Translations under genes and position numbers: made by a program
Notes under the pieces: model-generated
Seen by the model: the letters and a program-made list of their open reading frames with translations, nothing else
Told to the model about the DNA's origin: nothing
Databases searched by the model: none
Assembly (NCBI GenBank): GCA_050050535.1
Contig: JASFTY010000002.1
Span: 1 to 44,248 of the forward strand
DNA length: 44,248 nucleotides
Direction of reading: 5' to 3'
DNA from: Gemmatimonadales bacterium
GTDB taxonomy: Bacteria > Gemmatimonadota > Gemmatimonadetes > Palauibacterales > KS3-K002
Part shown: one piece after another, positions 17,894 to 25,364 of the stretch
Layout: the number at the start of each line of letters is the position of its first letter
Numbering within the stretch: position 1 is the first letter of the stretch

Positions 17894-18991
17894 CTAGTTC
17901 AAGCGACGGAGCTCGATGCGCTGGTTTTGCGCTCGCCCTTCCGGCGTCTCGTTGCTGGCCACCGGTTCGTCGGGCCCATAGCCCTTCGCCACCACCCGAT
18001 CCCCGCCAACGCCCCTGCTGATCAGGTACGCCCGTACGCTGGCGGCCCGGCTGAGAGACAGACTCAGGTTGTAGGGACGGTAGCCCCTGTCGTCGGTGTG
18101 ACCAGCGACTTCGACCCGAATCGTCGGGTCGGCAACCAGCGATGCGGCGACCCGGTCGAGGATCTGGCGCGCCTCGGGCGTCAGCTCCGCGCCGCCCGAT
18201 ACGAACGTCACGCCCTGCAGAACCACCCTGTCGGTGCCTTCCGCGAACAGGAGCAGGCAGCCACGGGCGTCGACCTGCATGCCGGCTGGAGTGTTCGGGC
18301 ACGCATCGGCGGAATCGAGGACGCCATCCCCGTCGGCATCCATCGGCAGCGGACAACCGCTGCTGTCGACCCGCTCGCCCCTCGGCGTCCCGGGGCAGGC
18401 ATCGAACTGGTCCGCAACGCCATCCCGGTCGGAGTCCTGTACCCTCACCCCGGCGGCCCGGCCGAACAGGGGACCGAGTGTGACGCTCAGACCGACCTGA
18501 GCACCGAGGTTCAGGTTCGAATCCTCCTCGTTCGCCGGCTTGAGTATATAGTCGGCGGCCCCGGCTACGCGGAGCGCGAGCGGCCCCGGGAGCCCCAGCC
18601 GCAAGCCTAGTAGGCCGGTCACCCCGTTGTCCGCCCCCGAGATATCCTGGCCGTAGTCGTTGTGCACGAAGCCGGCGCCCAGCAGGAACGCGACGGCCCC
18701 GCTGAACGGCTGGTTGTAGACCAGACGCGCCCGAAACGGCACGTGGGATATGGTGTTGTCGCCCCAGTCCGCCGTGCCATACGACGCCTCGGCCTCCAGC
18801 GACAGACGCGAGAACAGGTAGAAGCCCAGCCAGCCGCCTCCACCTATCCCATCATCGAAATTGAGCGTATTGTCAAAGAACGTGTAGGTGCCGAACCCGC
18901 CCAACTCGATCGAGCCGCCCTGCTGCGCCCAGCCCGGAGTCACAGTCAGCTGCGCGAGCACGGTCAACACTGCCAGCCACCGCTTCGACAT
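17894..18991 (-). CDS. OmpA-family outer-membrane protein with thrombospondin type-3 repeats
   Basis: Start at MSKRWLAVLTVLAQ (signal peptide). It has an N-terminal beta-barrel, DSDRDGVADQFDACP / DADGDGVLDSADACP repeats, and a C-terminal OmpA domain (VAGHTDDRGYRPYNLSLSLSRA). Confidence 0.85.
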   Translation of the reverse strand: MSKRWLAVLTVLAQLTVTPGWAQQGGSIELGGFGTYTFFDNTLNFDDGIGGGGWLGFYLFSRLSLEAEASYGTADWGDNTISHVPFRARLVYNQPFSGAVAFLLGAGFVHNDYGQDISGADNGVTGLLGLRLGLPGPLALRVAGAADYILKPANEEDSNLNLGAQVGLSVTLGPLFGRAAGVRVQDSDRDGVADQFDACPGTPRGERVDSSGCPLPMDADGDGVLDSADACPNTPAGMQVDARGCLLLFAEGTDRVVLQGVTFVSGGAELTPEARQILDRVAASLVADPTIRVEVAGHTDDRGYRPYNLSLSLSRAASVRAYLISRGVGGDRVVAKGYGPDEPVASNETPEGRAQNQRIELRRLN

Positions 18992-19053
18992 GTCGGTCCC
19001 CCTTCCGACTCTTCGCCTCCCAACGCCCCCGGAGGCACGGGCCACACGATTAC

Positions 19054-19950
19054 TTACCAGCTACTATGGCCTGTGATCTTCTGGTGTGCTTCCCGGGCCA
19101 CGACTCTCACGTCCGGATCGCCGTCAGACAACAGTCCCTTTACGACTTCGATGGCCTGCCGGGCCCGCAGCTCCCCGAGATAGACCACTGCGAGCCTGCG
19201 TACCGCGCTTGACGTATCTCCGGCGAGGCCCATCGGACATGGAACGAGATGCGCATAGCGAATCACGGACAAGGCCATCATCGCCGCCAGCTTGTCTCCG
19301 CCGGGACTCTCGACCTGCTCCAGCAGCCAGCGAACGTATCTCCCTCGATCCTTCTCTTCCATCCTGGCGTAGGCAACGCGTATCTTGGTCTCGTCTGCAC
19401 TCACCAGTCTGGCACATGTACCCGGATCGAGCGAATCGGGTCCCGCCCCGCGATCGGCCCCGGAACCGGTCGGCGATCGCACCAGCGCCTGCACGGCATC
19501 CAGCAACGGGGTAAGCGCCGAATCAGGAACCGTGCCCGACCAACCAATGAGTCGAACGGTCTGGATCGGTTGAAATCCGAGAGGTATCTCGGCCTCATCG
19601 AGGAGCGCCGGCACGAGCTTTTCCCGGTCCGCCGCGTAGCCCGCCTCGGCCAGCACCCAGCGCGATGACACTGAGTGCTCGGACCACAGGACTACCACGG
19701 AGCGCACCCCCTCCAGCTTCTCTTTGATGATCGCATGGTAGTTCTCGCCAGCCAGGATCGACTTGTCCCACCATACCGACCAGCCGCGATCCTCGAGGGC
19801 TCCCACCGCCACTCCGCCCGGTAATCGGACCGGGCCCGCCTTCGGTTCAAGATGGGTCGCCCGAAGGCGCGGATCAACGAGCGGTGTCGCGCACACCAGG
19901 GTGCCGGGCCGAGCCGCATGACCGCCATCGATGAGCTCGGTTACCTGCAA
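19054..19950 (-). CDS. TIR-domain protein with C-terminal HEAT-like repeats; N-terminal part of the TIR domain apparently disrupted
   Basis: The TIR_2-like core reads LEDRGWSVWWDKSILAGENYHAIIKEKLEGVRSVVVLWSEHSVSSRWVLAEAGYAADREKLVPALLDEAEIPLGFQPIQTVRLIGW. HEAT-like repeats sit at the C-terminus (AVRRLAVVYLGEL...LLSDGDPDVRVVAREA). The track start is a TTG. The expected N-terminal FISY..D strand is missing in this frame. Confidence 0.65.
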   Translation of the reverse strand: MQVTELIDGGHAARPGTLVCATPLVDPRLRATHLEPKAGPVRLPGGVAVGALEDRGWSVWWDKSILAGENYHAIIKEKLEGVRSVVVLWSEHSVSSRWVLAEAGYAADREKLVPALLDEAEIPLGFQPIQTVRLIGWSGTVPDSALTPLLDAVQALVRSPTGSGADRGAGPDSLDPGTCARLVSADETKIRVAYARMEEKDRGRYVRWLLEQVESPGGDKLAAMMALSVIRYAHLVPCPMGLAGDTSSAVRRLAVVYLGELRARQAIEVVKGLLSDGDPDVRVVAREAHQKITGHSSW

Positions 19951-19986
19951 TGGTCGAGCGGCAGCCGACGACAGCGCGCTGCGCGC

Positions 19987-20406
19987 TCAGTAGAGCTGAT
20001 ATAGCATTAGGTAGACGACGATCCCCGTGACCGACACGTAGAGCCAAAGTGGGAGCGTCCAGCGTGCGATGCGCCGGTGCCGTGAGAACTTCTCACGCAG
20101 TGCGAGAACCAGCGTCACGATCACCAGCGGCACGATGATTATCGCGAGAATCGTGTGCGATGTAAGCACGACGAAATAGACCAATCGTGTCACACCCGCG
20201 CCGCTGAACCGCGTCGTGCCCGCCTGGTAATGGTAGTAGAGATAGCTGGCCAGGAAGAGAACAGAGGTAGTGAGGGCGGAAAGCATCAACGCCCTGTGGG
20301 TCGACGGCCGGCGCCTGCGAATCGCCACGTAGCCGGCCACCAGCAGCAAGGCGCTGGCCCCGTTGAGTGTCGCGTTTACCGCAGGGAGGTCGCCTACGGA
20401 GATCAT
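19987..20406 (-). CDS. DUF420-family membrane protein (cytochrome oxidase associated)
   Basis: Start at MISVGDLPAVNATLNGASALLLVAGY (ATG comp 20406). It has four TM helices and sits in a position typical of DUF420/CtaM-like genes next to cox genes. Confidence 0.75.
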   Translation of the reverse strand: MISVGDLPAVNATLNGASALLLVAGYVAIRRRRPSTHRALMLSALTTSVLFLASYLYYHYQAGTTRFSGAGVTRLVYFVVLTSHTILAIIIVPLVIVTLVLALREKFSRHRRIARWTLPLWLYVSVTGIVVYLMLYQLY

Positions 20407-20438
20407 CCTGCTCGGCCGAGTTTCGCGGACCGGGCTCC

Positions 20439-20630
20439 CTACTCCTCGCCCAGGAACCGCCTCAGGTTCCTCAGGTACAGAACGAACGCGATCGTCGCGA
20501 CGCCGAACCCGACCGCCGAAGCCAGGGCCCAGACCTCGCGCGACTCGACGTAGACCTTCCCCGACCACACGGCGAATCCCAGACAAAAGACGATCGCAGT
20601 CGAGATCAGGACTTTGTGAAAATTGACCAT
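20439..20630 (-). CDS. small 2-TM hypothetical membrane protein
   Basis: 63 aa: MVNFHKVLISTAIVFCLGFAVW...VGFGVATIAFVLYL. It exactly fills the gap between ctaB and the DUF420 gene, and its ATG lies 2 nt after the ctaB stop. Confidence 0.5.
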   Translation of the reverse strand: MVNFHKVLISTAIVFCLGFAVWSGKVYVESREVWALASAVGFGVATIAFVLYLRNLRRFLGEE

Positions 20631-20632
20631 GT

Positions 20633-21496
20633 TCAGACCTTGTCAACCACCATGAGAATCAGCAGGACCGGCAGGTAGAGCACGGAGCCCAAGAAGAGAC
20701 GCCGCGCCCTCCCGCCCGTGCGCCTCACAGCCAACGCGAACCCCAAGACCAAGAACGCCAGTCCCAGACTCGACGCGCCGACGAAGTAGATCGCACCGGT
20801 GAGTCCCATCACAGTGGTCAGAAGACTCACAGCCACCAGCGCCAGCGTGTAGATGATGATCTGGCGCGACGTTCGCTTCCCATCCCCATCGACAACCGGG
20901 AGCATCAGGAACCCGGCACGCGCGTAATCCTGCTTATACATCCAACCGATGGCGAAGAAATGCGGCATCTGCCAGAGGAACACTATCCCGAACAGCACCC
21001 AGGCCAGAGCATCCAGCCGCCCGGTCGCCGCAGTCCAGCCCATCATCGGCGGTAGCGCGCCGGGCACCGCGCCCACGATCGTGCAAAGCCACGTCCGTCG
21101 CTTGAGCGGCGTATAGACGAATATGTAGATCAACAGCGACGCCACGCCCAGTGCCGCCGTCAGCAGGTTGACCAGCGCCACCAGGTAAAGCGCACCGGCG
21201 GCCGAGATCCCGCTCGAGAACACCAGCGCCGTCGACGCCTGCAGCCGTCCGGCCGGCAGCGGCCGCCTGCTGGTGCGCTTCATCTGCGCGTCGGCCCGAC
21301 GCTCCGCGAACTGGTTCAACGCGTTCGTCCCGCCAGCCAACAGCCCCGTGCCCAGTAGCACGTGGAACAACAAGGCGAGATCCAGCGAGCCCGACGCGCC
21401 CAGATAAAAGCCCACACCGGTGGTAACCAGCACCAAGCGGGTTATGCCAGGCTTGGTCAGCGACCAGAGATCCGCAAGCACAGCCTTACCGCGCAT
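20633..21496 (-). CDS. ctaB: protoheme IX farnesyltransferase (heme O synthase)
   Basis: UbiA-family polytopic protein: LTKPGITRLVLVTT...NQFAERRADAQMKRTSRRPLP. Confidence 0.9.
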   Translation of the reverse strand: MRGKAVLADLWSLTKPGITRLVLVTTGVGFYLGASGSLDLALLFHVLLGTGLLAGGTNALNQFAERRADAQMKRTSRRPLPAGRLQASTALVFSSGISAAGALYLVALVNLLTAALGVASLLIYIFVYTPLKRRTWLCTIVGAVPGALPPMMGWTAATGRLDALAWVLFGIVFLWQMPHFFAIGWMYKQDYARAGFLMLPVVDGDGKRTSRQIIIYTLALVAVSLLTTVMGLTGAIYFVGASSLGLAFLVLGFALAVRRTGGRARRLFLGSVLYLPVLLILMVVDKV

Positions 21497-21770
21497 ATTC
21501 GAGAAGTACGGCGAGCACGAGTATGACCGCCAGCGGCAGCGGCGCCGTCGCCAGCAGGATCAGGCGCAGCCGCTCGAACCTCAGGTGCATGTAGTACATC
21601 GCGACCAGCGTCGCCTTCCACACCGCCAGCCCGACCAGCACCACGACAAGCACGTTCCTCGGTAGGCTGCTGACGTACGCAACCACCACCTCGACGACTG
21701 TAAGGACGAGAAGCACGAACCAGATGAGCATATAGCTCGGCTGCTTCTTCTTCTCCGCCGCCTCCATCAT
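21486..21770 (-). CDS. cytochrome c oxidase subunit IV-family small membrane protein
   Basis: This is the 94-aa C-terminal part of track ORF 21486..22418, starting at MMEAAEKKKQPSYMLIWFVLLVLTVVEV. It has three TM segments, follows ctaE, and overlaps the ctaB start by 11 nt. Confidence 0.7.
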   Translation of the reverse strand: MMEAAEKKKQPSYMLIWFVLLVLTVVEVVVAYVSSLPRNVLVVVLVGLAVWKATLVAMYYMHLRFERLRLILLATAPLPLAVILVLAVLLEYAR

Positions 21771-21844
21771 GATAGCCCCTCTATTGCTGCTCTGCGCAAC
21801 GTTCCGCGCCCGCACCCGCGCCCGCGACAAGGAAAGATCCCGAT

Positions 21845-22507
21845 CTAGATCAAGTAGACGATCGTGAACAGCATTATCCAGATGAGGTCGACGAAGTGCC
21901 AGTACAACCCGATCACCTCGACACCGCCGTGGTTCCCCTCCGTATACCCGCCGCGGAACGCCTTGACCGTCACCCAGATCATGCACAGCACACCGACGCT
22001 GACATGTGCGCCGTGGAACCCGGTCATCACGTAGAACGTCGACCCGAACAGGTTGCAGCTCGGCACGACGGCGGCGAGTTCCTCGCTGCAGCGCGGCAGA
22101 AATCCCTCCTGCGCCAGCGCTACGTACTCTACTACCTGGATGCCCACGAATGCCGCGCCCAGCAACACCGTCGCCAGTAGGAAGCGCCGAAGGTTCTCTT
22201 GGTCGCCGTGCTCGATCGCGGCAAACGCCTTCACCATCGTCACACTGCTGCAGATCAGCATGAACGTGTTGAAGGCCGTGAGATTGATGTTGAGCGGTGT
22301 ACCGCCATCCTCGAGCGGAACACCGGGCAGCGCCCAGGCGGTCGTTCCGAAGCGCAGGATGATGTACGCCCCGATCAGCCCGGTGAAGAACATCACCTCG
22401 GACGCCAGGAACACCCACATTCCCAGCTTCTGGTTGTATATGCGCATCCCGGGCTCGGCGGTCACGCCGCCCGGTAGCGTTACAGCCTCATTCATCGTTC
22501 GTGTCAT
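21845..22507 (-). CDS. ctaE: cytochrome c oxidase subunit III
   Basis: Start at MTRTMNEAV (ATG comp 22507). Motifs: GMWVFLASEVMFF, YVMTGFHGAHVSVG, YWHFVDLIW. Confidence 0.9.
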   Translation of the reverse strand: MTRTMNEAVTLPGGVTAEPGMRIYNQKLGMWVFLASEVMFFTGLIGAYIILRFGTTAWALPGVPLEDGGTPLNINLTAFNTFMLICSSVTMVKAFAAIEHGDQENLRRFLLATVLLGAAFVGIQVVEYVALAQEGFLPRCSEELAAVVPSCNLFGSTFYVMTGFHGAHVSVGVLCMIWVTVKAFRGGYTEGNHGGVEVIGLYWHFVDLIWIMLFTIVYLI

Positions 22508-22531
22508 TTCCGTCTTCTCGGTTCCTACTAA

Positions 22532-22599
22532 CGGTGACCGGTGGCCGGTAACAGTGTCCGGCAATTCCCACCCCCCCAACTACCGGCTACCGCTCACCG
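22532..22599. repeat. intra-operon hairpin (family 2 palindrome) spanning the ctaD stop codon
   Basis: The arms at 22532-22552 (CGGTGACCGGTGGCCGGTAAC) and 22579-22599 (ACTACCGGCTACCGCTCACCG) pair at 18/21 positions. The element lies between ctaD and ctaE and covers the last 3 ctaD codons plus its TAG. Confidence 0.55.
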
Positions 22600-24302
22600 C
22601 TCACCGGCACATTCTGCGGCAAGTAGTCCGCCCCAGCCTCAGCCTCCGGTGAGCTGTACTCGTATGGCCCCCGATACACAGTGGGTGTTGTGGCGAAGTT
22701 GCCGTGGGGAGGTGGAGAGGGGATCGTCCACTCCAGGCCGTTGTCCTCCCACGGGTTCATGCCGGCCTTCTTACCCCTGAACAAGCTCCAGAAGAAGTTC
22801 GCGATGAACGGTAGCTGTACTACGAACAGCAGAATCGCGCTGATCGTGATGAACCTGTTCATCGGCTGGTAAGGCTGCAGGAACTCGTACTGGGTCGGAT
22901 CGTATATTCGCCGCATGTGGCCGGCCATCCCCAGGATGTGCATCGGGAAGAACGTCAGGTTGTAGAAGACGAACGTCAGGGCGAAGTGGATCTTGCCCCA
23001 GGTTTCGTTCATCATGCGGCCGAACATGCTCGGGAACCAGAAATAGATGGCCGCGAAGATGGCCATCAAGCTGCCTCCGAACAGCACGTAGTGAATGTGG
23101 GCGACGATGAAGTAAGTGTCGTGAATGAAGATATCCACCGTGTTCGACGCCATGAATATGCCGCTCAGGCCACCGACCGTGAACAGGGAGACGAATCCGA
23201 TCGCCCACAGCATCGGCGTATGGAACCGAATGTTCCCGCGCCACATCGTGCCCAGCCAATTGAACACCTTGATCGCCGACGGGACCGCGATCGCCATCGT
23301 CGATACCATGAACGACGTCCCCAGCAGCGGATTCATCCCGCTCTGAAACATGTGATGGCCCCAGGTGATCCAGCCGAGAAACGCGATCGCGATGATCGCC
23401 AGCACCATCGAGTGGTAGCCGAACACCGGCTTGCGCGAGCCGTTCGCGATTACGTCCGATACGATCCCCATCGCCGGCAGGATCAGGATGTACACTTCCG
23501 GGTGCCCGAAGAACCAGAACAGGTGCTGCCAGAGCAGCGGCTGCCCGCCATCGACCGGTAGGAAGAAGGTCGTCCCCAGCGTCAGGTCGAAGAACAGCAT
23601 GATCACCGCAGCCGCCAGGATCGGTATCGCCAACAGCGCTATGATCGCCGTTATAAAAAGCGCCCAGATCGAGAGCGGCATCCGGAACAGCGTCATCCCC
23701 GGCGCCCGCATGTTGATGACGGTCGTGATGTAATTGACCGAGCCCAGCAGCGAGGACGTTCCGAACAACACAATGCTGACGATCCAGAACTGCTGACCGA
23801 GCGAGACGCCCGTGTACTGCGGTACTGCACTCAACGGCGCGTACGCGGTCCAGCCGGACCCCGCCGCACCGCCTTCCACGAACAGGCTGGCCGTCATCAC
23901 GATCCCCGACAGAACGAAAACCCAGAAGGAGAGCATGTTCAGTCGCGGGAACGCCATGTCCGGCGCGCCGATCTTGAGCGGGATCAGATAGTTGGCGTAA
24001 ACACCGACCAGCAGCGGCATCACGGCGAAGAACACCATGAATGTGCCGTGCATCGTCACCAGCGAGTTGTAGAACTTCGGCGCCACGACGCCGACTCCCG
24101 GCAAGTCCTGACCCGGAAACCCGAGCTGCCAGCGCAGCATGATCGCCAGTACGCCGCCGAGCAACAGGAACGCCAGACTGGCGAACAGGAACTGGATCCC
24201 GATGACCTTGTGATCAGTGGAGAAAACGTACCTGCGGATGAAGCTCGGTTCTTCGTGGTGCGCGTCCGCCAACGGTGCGCTCGCCGCTGCAGCTGTCGCC
24301 AT
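22587..24302 (-). CDS. ctaD: cytochrome c oxidase subunit I
   Basis: 571 aa with canonical heme-copper oxidase motifs: WFFGHPEVYILILP, HHMF, and YFIVAHIHYVL. Confidence 0.95.
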   Translation of the reverse strand: MATAAAASAPLADAHHEEPSFIRRYVFSTDHKVIGIQFLFASLAFLLLGGVLAIMLRWQLGFPGQDLPGVGVVAPKFYNSLVTMHGTFMVFFAVMPLLVGVYANYLIPLKIGAPDMAFPRLNMLSFWVFVLSGIVMTASLFVEGGAAGSGWTAYAPLSAVPQYTGVSLGQQFWIVSIVLFGTSSLLGSVNYITTVINMRAPGMTLFRMPLSIWALFITAIIALLAIPILAAAVIMLFFDLTLGTTFFLPVDGGQPLLWQHLFWFFGHPEVYILILPAMGIVSDVIANGSRKPVFGYHSMVLAIIAIAFLGWITWGHHMFQSGMNPLLGTSFMVSTMAIAVPSAIKVFNWLGTMWRGNIRFHTPMLWAIGFVSLFTVGGLSGIFMASNTVDIFIHDTYFIVAHIHYVLFGGSLMAIFAAIYFWFPSMFGRMMNETWGKIHFALTFVFYNLTFFPMHILGMAGHMRRIYDPTQYEFLQPYQPMNRFITISAILLFVVQLPFIANFFWSLFRGKKAGMNPWEDNGLEWTIPSPPPHGNFATTPTVYRGPYEYSSPEAEAGADYLPQNVPVSGER

Positions 24303-24340
24303 CTTCGTCCTCTATCTCCAATCCAATCGCGCCCGACAGA

Positions 24341-24994
24341 CTAGCTCTGCTCAGCCGCCCAACTGTTGAACTCAGCCTCCGGGAGCACGACGATCTTCCC
24401 CTTCATCAACCCGTGCGCCACTCCACACAGCTCCGCGCACGCCAACTCGTATTCGCCGACCTCCGTCGCCTCGAACCAGGCGCGCGTGTTCAGACCCGGC
24501 ACCGCGTCCTGCTTGATGCGAAACGCCGGCACGAAAAACGAGTGAACCACATCGACTGACGTCAGGTTGATTACGACCGGCCGGTTCACCGGCACATGCA
24601 TCTCATTGTAACGAATGTAATCATCCTCCGTACCCAGCTCACCATCCGTGCCCGGATAGGTGATCGCCCACGCGAACTGCCGCGCCTCGACATTCACCTC
24701 CAAACCAGCACTCGGAAATCGGTCCGGATCCTTCACCTTCGACCAGACCGTCTGGCTCGCAACCGCAATGCCGACCACGATCACCGCCGGGATTACCGTC
24801 CAGATCACCTCGGCCTTCGTGCTGCCCTCTATGTACGACGCCCGCCGACCCGCCCGACCCCGGTACTTGATCATGAAGTAGACCAGCGCCACCTGCACGC
24901 CGACAAGGATCAACCCGGTTATCGCCAGGATCACGTAGAATATCCGGTCGAGGTCCGCGGCGTACGACGACGCCGCTCCGGGAAGCCAATCCAT
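24341..24994 (-). CDS. ctaC: cytochrome c oxidase subunit II (no fused cytochrome c domain)
   Basis: Start at MDWLPGAASS (ATG comp 24994), preceded by AGGAGG. It has two TM helices and the CuA site DVVHSFFVP...CAELCGVAHGLM. Confidence 0.9.
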   Translation of the reverse strand: MDWLPGAASSYAADLDRIFYVILAITGLILVGVQVALVYFMIKYRGRAGRRASYIEGSTKAEVIWTVIPAVIVVGIAVASQTVWSKVKDPDRFPSAGLEVNVEARQFAWAITYPGTDGELGTEDDYIRYNEMHVPVNRPVVINLTSVDVVHSFFVPAFRIKQDAVPGLNTRAWFEATEVGEYELACAELCGVAHGLMKGKIVVLPEAEFNSWAAEQS

Positions 24995-25364
24995 CTGCCT
25001 TTCCTCCTGATTGCCCAGCCGAGAGAGAAACGCGCCGGCGACCGCTATCGGGCCCGGGTCCTCTCTAACCCAAACTGCCACCGGCACAGCCGATCGGCGG
25101 CGTCACCTCCCGTGGCCCCAACGCACGCCGCACCGGCCATCGCACCGCGCTACGTGGCAGCTCCCGGGTCTGCCAGTAGCGGCCAGTCTGGAATGGCGGG
25201 GCGGACTTCTCGCCACGCCCACCGGTAACAGTAGCCCTTCCTACGTTTCCAGCGGCGCGCGTCTGACCCCACCTTCCGAACTCTGTCAACGCGGACCCCC
25301 AGGCCAGGGTTTCACGATCAGCGCTCGTACGGTGCTTTCCCCGGCGCCGACGGGCCGGTAGCTT

